Part shown: positions 1 to 12,736 of the stretch, piece by piece
Numbering within the stretch: the stretch's first letter is position 1
Layout of the letters: every line of letters starts with the position of its first letter
Assembly (NCBI GenBank): GCA_051294375.1
Contig: JBJCIZ010000744.1
Span: forward strand, 210,206-274,205
Reading direction: 5' to 3'
DNA length: 64,000 nucleotides
From: Paraspadella gotoi
Taxonomy: Eukaryota > Animalia > Chaetognatha
The notes under the pieces: model-generated
Seen by the model: only the letters and a program-made list of their open reading frames with translations
Databases searched by the model: none
What the model was told of the DNA's origin: nothing
Translations under genes and position numbers: made by a program

Positions 1-1478
1 CTGAGCAAATATGATCCAAATTTACTTTTGAATTAAAAGGATTTAAATAGTATCTCTGATGTACCGTGCATCATTATTGATTTCATCCCTGCGAATAAAA
101 ATAATATAACAGGAAAAAAGTATTTTTAACCTCGGGTTGAGTAGATGTTCCCTTTATTTCGAGAAGATAATACTAACATCCCTCTCCCCATTATAGTAAA
201 ATTATGTAAGTAAAACTAATAAATATATTTAAAATCTATTGAGAATAGATTTTTAACTTTATATAATTTTTCACAATTTAGTTTATTATAGTGAACAAGT
301 AATTTCGAAATTATCATGAATTTTATTTTTTAAATTACTTGAATAATCTTATTTTAACCCCCCCAGCGTCTTCTTTACCTAACGAATTTGAACAATTCGC
401 CACTCCCCACCCTCGCGTTCTCCTATCATATATCTTATTTATAATTATTTCTTCTCTGTTTTTATCTCCACTAAATTATGCGCGCGGTTTTTCCTCTTCT
501 CTCTCTTCTCATCATGAAGGGCTCCTCATCATTCGCGAACGGTTCGTCGTCGTCGTCGTCGTCGTGTTATCATCATTGGGTCGTCTGCTCCCTCGTTCTG
601 GTTACCGCCCCCTCCTTCCGTCTTTCTCTCTCTCTCTTCATCTTCTCTCTCTTCATCTCTCTCTTCTTTCTCTCTCTCTCTCTTCTTTCTCGGCCGGTTT
701 GGCCAAGTAAGTCTGGACATGGATGACATTGACATGCTCTTCTCTCTCTCTCTCTCTCCTCTTCTCTCTTTCTTCTTCTTCTCTCTCTCTCTCTCTCTCT
801 TCTCTCGCCACGTCCACACCTCCCTCGCGCCTCTTCTTCCCGCCGGGCGGTGGTGGGGGGCAGTGGTCCAGTTGTGGAGGCGGCGGACAAGTAGCGCGGT
901 CGAATCGGTCGATTGTGTGTGTTGGCGAAAGAGGACGATTCCTGTGTGGAGACGGCAGTGGGCGTGTCCGGGTCATCGAAGGAAGAGAGGGGGGGCGAGG
1001 GGGGCGTGCTCTTCACTTCGGATTTCGCTTCCCGTTTCTCACTTTTCGTCTCCTTATATTCTTTCGTTGTTGTTATTGTTAAACCTTACCTTTTCTTATT
1101 GTTAAACCTTACCTTTTTCAACGAAGGATTCTCCAATCTCCACCCACCGCTAATTCGATCCCACCTCGTTGCAAACTTACCTCAAACATGAAGCCCCTTT
1201 CACTTGTTCTCTTCCTCACCTATTCCGCTTTCCTGAACTGAAACTAAAAACTGACCAGCGCAGGAATAAATTTTTATTGTTTCTTTACAACATAAATAGT
1301 AAATAGTTTGAATTAAACGAAGAATTCACTTATTCGATCAAGTAAGATGTCTAACATGTATAGTTTTTTTTACGTTTTTTTGTTGTATGCGTATAATTAA
1401 TGCCTTTTAAGATAATGAAGAAACACCCTTATTTTCCGCATTTTTTTTAGTCGGATCTGCTTATCAGCAGATCCCGAC
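1..1478. repeat. Block A of a multi-kb segmental duplication (other copy ~12737-14477)
   Basis: ctgagcaaatatga...cagatcccgac recurs co-linearly at 12737-14477, differing mainly by indels. Confidence 0.9.
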
Positions 1479-1619
1479 AAAGTGGCAGCCATTCATAATA
1501 TATAAAAAATCTGTTGGAACGTTTTAAACACTAAAACTAGATCACGATGATAACTCATATTACATTTGTAACATTGTTACCCATGACTATAGTAAAAATT
1601 CCGAAGCTTAATTTCGGTC

Positions 1620-1768
1620 ATATTCCCCCCCCCACGTCGCTAATCCCGATTTTACGGATATTCCCCCCCCCCCCACGCTCGCTAAATCCCGATTTACGGT
1701 ATTCCCCCCCCCACGCTCGCTAATCCCAGATTACGGATATCCCTCCCCCCACGCCCTAATCCATTACG
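1620..1768. repeat. ~37-bp tandem repeat (attcccccccacgctcgctaatcccgattttacgg), 4-5 copies
   Basis: Directly visible tandem units; the same repeat recurs at ~16063-16165. Confidence 0.85.
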
Positions 1769-4148
1769 CGACGGAAGAATAGGAAAACGCGCGTCAGTGG
1801 TCAGGATCGCTCCGGTCTCGGGGCGGTGACCGGATAACGGAGTGCGGACCGAACCTACGCCGGGCTAAATGGCCTCGCCGATGAGAGAGAGAATGCGATG
1901 ATCCCGCACGAGGCGCTGTCCAGTCCGAGAGGACCCGAGAGTACCCTGGAGGAGAGATACAGACCGAGAGAAGAGAGAGAAGGAGAGAAGAAAGAATAGA
2001 TAGATGGGTCATGAGAAGAAATGGAGCGAAGGAGAACGAGAGTGATCCGAATGGAAGAATGAAACGAGAAGCCGAGCTGAAAAGATAAAGCGATGACGGG
2101 CAAATTATCAGGGTATACTAAGCTAGAACATGTTGACCAGTGGATGGTATGGGAGCACAGCGTATGTGGGGACAGTGAGAGTGGATCGAATCGATCTCAT
2201 TCATGTCTTCTCTATCTCTCTCTCTCTTCTTCTCATCTCTCATGAAATGAAAAATAAAAAAAGAAAACTCGGACGCGCTAGTGAAAAAAACCCGGCAAAT
2301 CAGAAGATCCCGGCGGCCGACGCGAAACTTTCGAAACCCAATTAATAACTTAATAATATCTATTTAATCAACTTGAAGATGAGCAGGGCGACAGAGAACG
2401 GAGAATCTCCGTGCTCGCTGTTGTGATTATTATCTTGTAAGGTGAGATGTAGGCCATTGGTCATCCACTATATCCCGGTCCAAAGTCGAAGAATGCATTA
2501 ATTTTGGATATTCATAATCAACAGAAGGAAATGAGAAAGCGACGGAGCCGATATCCGTATTCCGATACGCTGATCACCTCGCATTTACGTTCCTGAACCC
2601 ACTCGTGCGAATTGTCAGGCGAAAATGGGCGCGTTCTTGGGCGTGCTATTATGGCTTCATTTAGTCTCAGCCTCTAATATATGAGCCACGCTGTTATACA
2701 TGTTGCCAGTGTGAATGTTACCTCTTTTAATTCTGCGTTATTTTTTTCAACGATATTCATCTCATTTATACTATTAATCATCACTCTAGCAGACCCAAGG
2801 TAACCCGTGAATCCAAGTCGATTCCTAAACCTTACATTGTCTGGTGCCCCCTAACTCTAAGATCCCGCTTAAGATCTTTAAAGTAGACCTGAGAAATCCT
2901 GGACTCCTGTTAGAAAGAGAAAAATAATAAAGGAGGAATTAAAATAAAAGAGGTGTAAGAGATTAAGATGAAGTGAGTGGAGGACGGTTATCGTGGAAAA
3001 TTATGAGGGCCGCTTCTGTCCTGTTCCAGATCAGACCCGCTTGCCCACTGCCTGGGAGCACAGGTTCCAGGGCATTAACCTTCCCTCTCCTCCTCCCCTC
3101 TTCCACCTCCTCTTTCCTCCTCCCCCGCGTCCTTCTTCCTCCCTCTCTCCTCCCCAAGAAATCCGGCCTCCGGGAAAGAGAAGAAAGCGCGAAAATCTCT
3201 CCCTACCAAACCTGACTAATGGAGGACGGTGAATGTTCAGACGACCAGGGAAGACTTGGAATTGACCACAGTAGTCGCCATATTTTCCCAAACACGCCAA
3301 ATTTCATCTTAAATTTAGACTCTTTATTTTAAATTTTAATTAAATTTTTTTTTAGAGTTCAGGATTAGGTAAAGATTAAGCGGATTAGAGTTAGGGGGCA
3401 AGATGTAAGGTTTAGGTCCTTGGATAGGGTATGGGTTTGGTAATATGTTATAGTTAATTATTATCGTTAAAATAAAGTTAGGATTAAGGAACAGAAACGG
3501 GGCTCATTTTTGGAAATAGATCCCAGAGAGGCCTTTGCCTCTTCGCCGATGGAGAACGATGCGAGGGAATCTATCGGGATAAGTATCGCTCCCGTCGTTT
3601 CTCATTTCCTTCTTTGATTATGAATATCAAAATTATGCATTTCTTCGACTTTGGACGGGATATAGTGGATGAAGGCCTACATCTCCCTTACAAGATAATA
3701 ACAAGCAGCACGAAATTCCTTTTCTCTCTCTCAAGTTATTAAATGATATTATAAAGTATTAATTAGGTTTCAGTTTCGCGTCGCCGGGTCTTAGCGCGTC
3801 CGATGTTCTTAATTCCTCTTTTTTATTACGGGAAAAAATGAAGCTATCAAATCTAAATCGATTTCACCTCGCCTCTATATTCAACCTTTAATCCTAATGT
3901 ATTTCGAATTCGTAATTTCTCCGCTTCTTCTCTCTCTCTTTCTTCTCTCTTCCTCTCTCTTCTCTCGTTGTAATCTTCTCGCAGATCGTCTCGGACTGAC
4001 AGCGCTCTCTGGCGACTCATGAATAAGTAATGATCTTTTTGTTTTTTGAGGCGAGGAAATAAGCGAAGCAAAATGATGATCCCGGCGCCGGATGTGGCGC
4101 GGGCGGCGGCGGCTTGGCGTCTATCTCTTCTCTCTCTCTCTTCTCTCT

Positions 4149-4188
<40 letters not shown>

Positions 4189-5399
4189 TTTCCCTTCTCT
4201 TTATTCATTTATTTCTCTTTCTCCCTTTTTCTCTTTCCTTTCCCCCTTTACTCTCCTCTCGGTTTCCTCCGGTGCTGCATCGTTAAAGAACATTAGAGAA
4301 AATTTCTGGTTTATAAATTGAACAAACGAACATTGGACATTGGACACTCTTTTCTCTCTCTCAGTTAACAATAAAATATACATATTTAAGAGAAATGACT
4401 TTTTTAAAAATCTCTACTTATCTAAAACTTTCGAATTTGGAAATTACAGTTTTTTTTCTTAAACAGATTATCTCCGGTCCTCAAGTCGTAAAAAAAAATT
4501 TGAAGCTAATGGGGCGAAAAAGAAAGGAAAAAATAACTGTTACTCTGTACCACGCGTAGATAAAATCTCATCTCAAAACTTTTAAAAATAAATTTTGTAT
4601 ATTATAAACTGAACAATTAAAATTCCAGTTTTTTTTAGATTAATTTAAGGGTTTTATATCGATTACTACCATTTTCCCTCTAAACAGCAAAGATTAAAAC
4701 AGATAGATTGACCAATAAATTAAAACAATAGATTAACCAATCATAAACGTTCTTAAAGATGCAGATGACGTCAATACGTCATTCAAACACTTTAAAGCTT
4801 TATATATATTATATATTAGTATATTATATTTGACATTTATTAATTCGAAATCGTCTTTAGAAACATCGTTGTGTCTCAAACCAGTTACGTACGTAAATTT
4901 GTACCTCCCTGTACTAATTACAGGCGGAATCAGGCGTTGAAATGATTTCCGCTGGGATTGAAGCTGCGAGGATGGCGTGGGTGTTAATCCGGGGGGAAAA
5001 CTGGGGGGCTCCATATTAACAGCGTAAAACGGTAACCCGTCAAAAGTCGGCGTTGTTCAGCGCCGTCCGGATTGTAATTCCGGCTCTGACGGGAATATTT
5101 TATATGTCCAATTATATACATATTATACATATAGGAAAACAGAATCTTTATTTATTTTTAAAACCCACTATTCCTTAAATATTTTATTAACCTTCCACAC
5201 ATCCGGACTAGACTTTCCTTTTCTCAGCATTCGCCTACTGATCCTGCGCTTCCGGCATCATTCCTGACGCTCCTCGGCGTCCCTTTTTTTACCGGCGTTC
5301 CCGGTGTTTTTCTCGAGTTCCCGGCCGTCATCCCTTTCTTCCGGCGCTTGTCGGCGTTATTCATTTAAATCTCGGCGTTAACCCTATCTTATCGGCGTC

Positions 5400-5580
5400 T
5401 CGATGTTATTCCTGGTCGATCCCAGCGCGTTCCCTTCATCCCGGCGCTCCCGGCTTCATTTTTTCTTCCCTGCGCTCCCGGGTTATTCCTGGAGATTCCG
5501 GTCCTCTCTTTCATCCCGGCGCTCCCGGCGTCATTTCTTTCTTCCCTGCGTTATTCCTGGAAGATCCCGGAGTCGTTCCC
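5400..5580. repeat. GC-rich internal repeat (atcccggcgctcccggcgtcatttctttcttccc)
   Basis: Repeated motif here and at ~19180-19360. Confidence 0.7.
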
Positions 5581-5976
5581 ATCTCCCCGACCAAAAGAAC
5601 GAAGGGGCGGATATTTCTCGTCGTTAGCGGGCGAAAGGTGTCGGCGAGGGAGACGACGGCGACGCTGGGGTGTTTATCGACTCGCGGCCGTTATCGGCGC
5701 TCGGGGCGTTGTTGACGGCCGGGCCGGCGTCGTTTTAAGCCCGGATGTCGGCGTCGCTGCGGCGGGCGTGCGGGGCGTCGGCTGTCGGCGCGGTGGCGCA
5801 CCGCGGCCTCGGGCTCCAGTTTTCTTACGCCTCATTTCCCCTAATTCGTTTTTTTTCTGTATTTTCTCTTTTTAATTTTTTTTTCCGTTACGTTGAGCTC
5901 GTAGCATTCGTCGCTGTCGTCGTCATCGTCGTCGTCATCATCTGAAAAGCTTGCGGTAATTACCGATCTTTCTATC

Positions 5977-6020
<44 letters not shown>

Positions 6021-6749
6021 TCATTCACATGCGCGAACTGAGTGCGGAAAATGAGAGATTAAATCACACATGTTCACTTTCTCACATCGTAATCACATCA
6101 CATCGCATCGATCATCAGATCAATCAGATCATCACTCACATCAGATATTTCCTGAAGGCTGACGTTTTCAGCAGATGATTCCGTCTAAGCGAACGAAAGT
6201 TCCACAGGCGACATCCGGTCGCGCCTGCTCCCTGCTCGGGAACGACATGGCCGCCTGATGGATTGGCGTCTAACAGTCTAGTCCAGATCGGGCTTGCAAG
6301 ATTAGTCTCTCGACCCAACAGACCGGACGACGTGCGACCAACGGTGAATCGAGGTAAGCGGCGAAAGCGTTCGTCATGGAGACGTAATTACCTTACGGAC
6401 TTCGTCGGTCACGTGACTGGTGTCGAGAGGGCGCTGTTCCATCCAGCGATTACAAGATGCTATAATTGAATAAGAAAGAAAATAGAATCGCCGACCGAAA
6501 TCGTTCAGAAATTCCGAAGACTTGGTTTTAGCAATTAAATTTTGCCGCTTCCGAACTACTTTGGAAGTATTTTTGGAATTGTTTGTTTACCTATTCGTCA
6601 AAAAAAGTTTCCATCTCCCTCTCACAGTTTGAAAATTAGCTTAATCAATTTCATTTGCTTTTCGATTTTAATTAGATTCGTCCATATATTCGATATCAAA
6701 CAACGTAACGACATAACGTTTAATTATTACGCTTATGATCATAACTTAT

Positions 6750-6956
6750 TGAATGAGACAGATTGATAATTGTTCAATGTACGGTCATCCCGAGCTTCGG
6801 CATCAGGCTGTTACCACTCTCCAGCTGCGGTGTTAAGGCCCGCCTGCTATGCTAGTCGACAACCGGGATAGAACCCCGGACCTTTGAGTTGGAATGCGAA
6901 TCATTGCCTCCGGCCCAAGGGCCGTCTTTATGACGGATGTGGATTAGTCCACCATA
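6750..6956 (-). mobile_element. Family-1 tRNA-containing solo-LTR-like element (degenerate copy)
   Basis: Reverse complement of the TATGGTGGACTAAAATCCACCA...CTGTCTCTTCA element; same locus as 20595-20802 in the duplicated block. Confidence 0.7.
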
Positions 6957-7285
6957 TATGTCTCCTCTATTTATTACTATGTACACATGTACAGTATCCT
7001 TTATAGTGCAGTTACTGGTACACAAAGAATATTACCTCTTTCCTCTCTTATCTTCCACCCTACCACCCTATAGTTGGTCGAACCTGTCTACCAATCGTTG
7101 CGTGACGCTTCTTCAGCCCTCCACCACCCTTCGCTACCCACGGGTGGTGCAGACAGAATACCGAAGCTTTCCCACGCAAGACCAATTAGGCTTACTTGCA
7201 TTTAAATCAGCGATCAGCATCTTGAAAATTGCTTTCTCTCTTCTCTCTCTCTCTCTCACATCCACTTTTTTTCCGTATTTAAAAA

Positions 7286-7387
7286 GGCATAAAGAGGATT
7301 TCTGACCATGGTGCACCGATAGAGGAAGTATTGCAGGCCCAACATACTTCCTCTAAATCCGGTGCACCTGGCAGGCACCTTTATGTC
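7286..7387 (+). other. Long inverted repeat/hairpin upstream of dsRBD gene copy 1
   Basis: agaggaagta(t)tg pairs with catacttcctct and ggtgcaccg with cggtgcacc around a caggcccaa loop. Confidence 0.75.
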
Positions 7388-7540
7388 AAAACAAAAATAA
7401 CAGACGGTAATACTGACAAAAGTGAATATCCGTAAATACGAAGTTCCAATTGTACGGCGGCCAAATTGTTTTCGCCACCGTCAGAGTAATTATGGCCAAG
7501 AATACGGCTCCGTCGATCAATAGCGGCAAAAACGCATCTC
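7383..7540 (+). pseudogene. Truncated, noisy copy of the first dsRBD exon
   Basis: Co-linear with 21235-21392 with many indels; ends at an assembly gap. Confidence 0.6.
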
Positions 7541-7570
7541 TCTCTNNNNNNNNNNNNNNNNNNNNNNNNN

Positions 7571-8445
7571 CGAAAATTTCATACAAGTCCTCCTACCCAC
7601 CTAACCACTCACTCTTAACCAGATAAGTGACATGCAGAAAATTTCTACAGCCTCGCTACCACCTTTAACCACTACACTCTGAACCCATTAAGCAGCAGAA
7701 ATTTCATACAGCCTCGCTTACCCACCTGTAACCACTACACTCTAGACCATAGTAGAGGATCAGCAGGAAAATTCATAAGCCTCGCTACCCACTTAACCAC
7801 CTACACTCTGAAGCCATAGTAATGACAGCAAAAATTATACAGCTCGCTACCCACCTGTAACCACTACACTCTGAACCATTAGAAGTACAGCAGAATTTCA
7901 TACAGCCTCCTAACCACCTGTAACCACTACACTCTAACCTATAGTGACAGCAGAAATTTATACAGCCTCCTAGCCGCACCTGTAAACCACACCACTCTTG
8001 AAGCCATAGTAGTGGACAGCAGAAAAATTTCACAGCCTCGCTACCATTCAACCACTACACTTCTGAGCCATATTAATGACAGCAGAAAATTTCATTACAG
8101 CTCGCCTGCCACCTTAACACTACACTCTGAAGCCATAGTAAGTGACAGCAGAAAATTTCATACAGCTCGCCACCACCTGATACCACTACACTCTGAACCA
8201 TATAAATGACAGCAGAAAATTTCATACAGCCTCCTACCCACCTGTAACCACTACACTCTAACCATAGTAAGTGACAGCAAAATTTCAGACAGCCCGCTAC
8301 CCACCTGTAACCACTACACTCTGAACCATAGTAGTGACAGCAAAAATTTCATACAGCCTCGCTACCCACCGAACCACTGACACTCTGAACCATAAAGTGA
8401 CAAGCAGAAAATTTCAACAGCCTCGCTACCCACCTTAAACACCTC
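7571..8445. repeat. ~66-bp minisatellite, about 13 copies
   Basis: Unit gacagcagaaaatttcatacagcctcgctacccacctgtaaccactacactctgaaccatagtagt repeated head-to-tail with no unique spacers. Confidence 0.95.
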
Positions 8446-8563
8446 GCATCCGATTTTACGACGGAAGAATCAAACGCGGTCGTGGTCAGCGTTCGCTTCG
8501 GTCGCGGGCGGTTGACGGATAACGGAAGGGCGACCGAACCTACGCCGGTTAAATGGCTTTCCC

Positions 8564-8640
<77 letters not shown>

Positions 8641-8764
8641 GTGGGTCGAAATCGGGCGAGAGTTCCGATGGAAATACTTAGCCGAGCTGGTGAAGGCAAA
8701 AGGGTCAGCGCTGCCAGATTTGGCGCACCGATGTCGAAGGGGGGTCCGCTTTCCTCTCTCCCTC

Positions 8765-8799
<35 letters not shown>

Positions 8800-9736
8800 T
8801 CCTCCTCTCTGGACGGAAAAAAGAAATCCGGTCAGGACGCCGAGACGCCGTAATGGCGAACCTTTTCGAGTCGTAGGCATTAGTCAGTTTTAAGTAAGAG
8901 AGATTTTTCGCGCTTTCTTCTCCTTCCAGGAGGCGAATCTTGGGGAGGAGGGAGAAGAGGAGGAGGAGGAAGGAGTGGAAGAGGAGAGGAGGGAGAAGGT
9001 TCCAGGCAGTGGGAAGCGGGTTGGATGGAAGGACAGACGGGCCATATTTTCCCACCAAACGCCCCCATTTCATCTTAAATTTAGACTCTTTATTTTAAAT
9101 TTTAATTAAATTTTTTTTTTAGAGTTCAGGATTAGGTTAAAGATTNNNNNNNNNNNNNNNNNTAAGCAAGATGTAAGGTTTAGGATCCTGGATTAGGGTT
9201 ATGGGTTTGGTAATATGTTATAGTTAATTATTATCGTTAAAATAAAGTTTAAGGAATTAAGGAACACAAACGGGGCTCATTTTGGAAAATAGATCCCAGA
9301 GAGCCTTTGCCTCTTCGCCGATGGAGAACGTATGCGAGGGATAACTATAGGGATAAGTATCGCTCCGTCGCTTTCTCATTTCCTTCTTTGATTATGAATA
9401 TCAAAATTATGCATTCTTTCGACTTTGGACGGGATATAGTGGATGAAGGGCCTACATCTCCCTTACAAGATAATAACAAAGCAGCACGGAATTCCTTTTT
9501 CTCTCTCTCAAGTTATTAAATGATATTATTAAAGTTATTAATTAGGTTTCAGTTTCGCGTCGCCGGTTTTTTTTCCTAGCGCGTCCGAGTTTTTTTTTTT
9601 TTCTTCTTCTTTTTTTAAAATATTCAAACGGGAATAAAATGAAGCTAATCCGATCTAATCTAAAATCGATTTTCACCCTCGCCTCTTATATTCAACCTTT
9701 AATCCTAATGATATTTTCGATATTATCCGCGATTTT

Positions 9737-9770
<34 letters not shown>

Positions 9771-9913
9771 GTAATCTCTCGCAGATCGTCTCGGACTGAC
9801 AGCGCCTCTGGCGACTCATGAATAAGTAATGATCTTTTGTTTTTGAGGCGAGGAAATAAGCGAAGCAAAATGATGATCCCGGCGCCGGATGGTGGCGCGG
9901 GCGTCGGCGGCGT
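8445..9913. repeat. Partial third copy of block B/C
   Basis: Co-linear with ~16160-17760 and ~3280-4110. Confidence 0.85.
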
Positions 9914-10949
9914 NNNNNNNNNNNNNNNNNNNNNNNNNCCCTTTAAGTACTCCGCTCTCTGCACTATATCTGACATTCGGTAACTTACTATTCCTTAACA
10001 TTATCAACATTCGTCCGACAATCCCATTGCGTTTTTAGACATTAACATCGCCACTTTCTCTCCTCTGCAAACTCACCCATCTGCGACCATGCTCCCGGAG
10101 ACGAACCTTTCGGCCTCGACCTCCACGTCGTGCTGCCCCCCGTACGATTTGATCCCTCTGGAAAATTCCTCGAATTCCTCGTCGTTGCGGACGACACACG
10201 ACGCAGGAACACTGGCGGATAAATAAAGGAACAATGGATCAAGTTTTGGCGCGGGGGAAAATTGTGAAACAGATATAATGCAAATCAGGTCGGTCTAGCT
10301 GGCTGCGTCTAGAGAGAGACAAATTGATAGCTAATGTTTAATGTATATGTATTACAAATGATATAAGATGTGTATATAGAACAAGGAGCCTACTCCGTTT
10401 TTCCGGAGAAACTTAGAACCACTGGTCTCGTGCAATTTAGAAACTATATTCCAGAAATCTTACTTCCTAAAGGCCTCACGTAAATAAGTAAAGAACAAAT
10501 ATGAACGGCTCCATTGCAATATTTATATGATAAAGCGCAGATGATGTCCCTACTGCAACTGCAATACTATCCAAAAAAAAACTTTTGATTTCTCGCGCCT
10601 TCTTCCGCTGATCAACTCCCGCGGAAGACAAGTGTTCCTCAGCCCCACCAGGACCCGTCGCGGTCGCCGAGGCGCGTCCGCCCCGTTTGGCGCCGACCTC
10701 AGCGCCTCCAGGAGACGGCGTCGTCGCCGCGGCAAACCGGCGCCGGCATAGTGGCGTTTCGAGCGGCGTGCCGGCTCGGACGCGTCGGCGGGCGTTCCGG
10801 CGGCGACTCGACCCTCAGAGGCATCGGATGACGGTCGTCCAGTAAGCGGAGAGTTGCCCGAGCCCTGGCGCGAGTGCCGAGGAAGAGAGTCTCGCAGACG
10901 AAGAGTCGGAATCGCGTCGGAGAATGAGACCGCGGAGGGAGAAACTGGG

Positions 10950-11400
10950 GGGGGGAGATTTAATAGGACTTTTGGGAGGAAGAGTTGAAGGGTATTGTTT
11001 GAGAAGGGATTTGGGGGAGATTTGAAAAATGGAATTTGGAGGATTCTGGAGGGGAGATTTTAAAAGCGAGTTTGAGAAGGTCTTTGGGGGAAGATTTAAA
11101 AAAAGATTTGAAAAGGGATTTTGAGGAAGAATTTAAAAAATATTGAGAAGGATTTATGGGGGAAGAATTTAAAAAGGGATTTGAGAAGGGATTTTGCGGG
11201 AAGATTTAAAAAAAAGAATTTGAAAAGGGATTTTGGAGGAGAAGAATAGTTAATTGAAGGGTTCTTGGGGGGAAGATTTAAAAAAAGATCTGTGGGGAGA
11301 AGATTTGAAAAGGGTTTTATCTTGCAGGGATTATTTTCAAAGGATTTTTCGGTGGAAGAATTAAAAAGGGATTTTGGAGGAGATATTTAAAAAATTCGGG
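10950..11400. repeat. Degenerate purine-rich ~37-bp tandem repeat (gggatttgagaagggattttgggggaagatttaaaaaa)
   Basis: Recurring gatttaaaaa / gatttgagaagg units. Confidence 0.75.
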
Positions 11401-11689
11401 TCTAAAGATTTTTATTTGCTGCTTTAGGGGGAAATTTTAATAGATTTTCTTAAGAAAATATAAAGAAAATAAAATGGAAATTACGTAAGTGGCAGACAAG
11501 CATGAAACGTAATTGTATATTAATGTAAGAAAAGGATTTTGAATTCCTTGTTTGTTATATTTAGAGGTATGAGAGTGGATGGTTTCTGTCATTCGTGACA
11601 CAAAAATTCCTAAAAATAACCGCTAATAAAATTACATCCGTCAAATTTATAACCGGATCCTATACTTCGACATGCACATCGCCTTCCCT

Positions 11690-12295
11690 TCATGCGAGCT
11701 GACGAACTCTCCTTCCAGCGACCCTCGAACCCGCGATCAGCCTCGCACTCCGCTTCCGGCGCCGAGGGACCGAGAAGATATTCTCGCGGGCGAGACGACG
11801 ACGGAAGTATATGACTCGGCCGCGGGAATCGTCTTTCCCCGTCGCACAGAGGAGGTTGGGGAAATAGTCCGGTGAAGCTGCGAAGGGTTTGTAACTGCAA
11901 CTGAGAGTTTTGGGACAGCGGACGGTGAAGGATGTCGTCCGGGCTTCTTGGAGGAGCGGCCTCGGGTCGTAGGGGATTTCCGCGGAGTTCAGCGAGCAGC
12001 AAGAGGAATGAAGAGGGCCTGGTAGATTGCACGGCGCCTCTGACGGCGCCGGGCCATGCATGGGCGCCGTTTCAATACGGAAGAAGGCCAAGTGGACGTC
12101 CGTGTTACGTGACGCCGTTTCGTGTGGATCGTTCTTTAGATTCCTTCGTTCGCCATGCTCGTTCGTACAATCGTTCGTGAGTAAGGTTGTGTTTATGCAG
12201 ATCATCGTTTTGTCATGTGAGATTGTTTTTTGTCTGAAAGAGGATGAGTTCATGAACTTATCAGGGACTACAGCGAAGGCTCCGATTTCATGCAT
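11690..12295 (-). CDS. Possible coding exon of unknown function (201-aa ORF)
   Basis: Long complex-composition ORF in a GC-elevated island; no recognisable motif. Confidence 0.25.
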   Translation of the reverse strand: MHEIGAFAVVPDKFMNSSSFRQKTISHDKTMICINTTLLTNDCTNEHGERRNLKNDPHETASRNTDVHLAFFRIETAPMHGPAPSEAPCNLPGPLHSSCCSLNSAEIPYDPRPLLQEARTTSFTVRCPKTLSCSYKPFAASPDYFPNLLCATGKDDSRGRVIYFRRRLARENIFSVPRRRKRSARLIAGSRVAGRRVRQLA

Positions 12296-12736
12296 GCCCT
12301 ATCCGTTGCAGTCCATGCTTAAACTGCCTGCTAGCGAATCGGCACGAAAATGGACTGGTAAAGAGACGAAGAGAGACGAGAGAGAGAGCAGGAGAGAGAC
12401 GAGAGAGAGAGCAGAGAGAGCGAGAGAGAGAGAGAGAGGAGAGAGATGCGAAAACCGGTTTCGAAAAAGGCGTGCGCCTCTGCATTTCTCGAAGGTAGCA
12501 CGTGGATCGCGAGAGAGAGAGCGAGGAGAGAAGACGAGAGAAGGGAGAGGAGAGGGAGAGAGAGAGACGAAGAGAGAGAGAGAGAGAGAGAGAAGAGGGG
12601 CGGCTCTTCTCAAATACTCCGTCCCGACAAGTTTTCGGGAATCGCGACCGTGAAAAAACAAAAGACATCCATTCTAATCTTAGATAGATGGAGACAGTTC
12701 TGCGGCAACAAAATGAGCATTGTGGAAACGAACGGG

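Larger units (their letters stand above)
1765..7545. repeat. Block B/C of the segmental duplication (copies ~8445-9913 partial and ~16160-21400)
   Basis: Shared landmarks (acggaagaat..., gatcccagagag, cccggcgctcccggcg tract, cctgaaggctgacgttttcagc) occur in the same order in each copy. Confidence 0.85.

Noticed and set aside
339-1191. Overlapping ORFs rich in RE/ER or SL/LS, here and throughout the window
   Set aside because: They are translations of (AG/CT)n microsatellites that are open in several frames.
3355-3490. Telomere-like TTAGG(G) tracts (also ~42240-42325)
   Set aside because: Too degenerate and short to call an interstitial telomere.
2250-3830. Large foldback (2250-3225 is the reverse complement of block C)
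   Set aside because: Very insertion-rich and absent from the other two copies of the block; most likely a chimeric read or consensus artefact.
7571-8445. CRISPR-like regular array (also 28540-29497 and 46200-46545)
   Set aside because: Head-to-tail units with no unique spacers, no cas genes, and a eukaryotic context.
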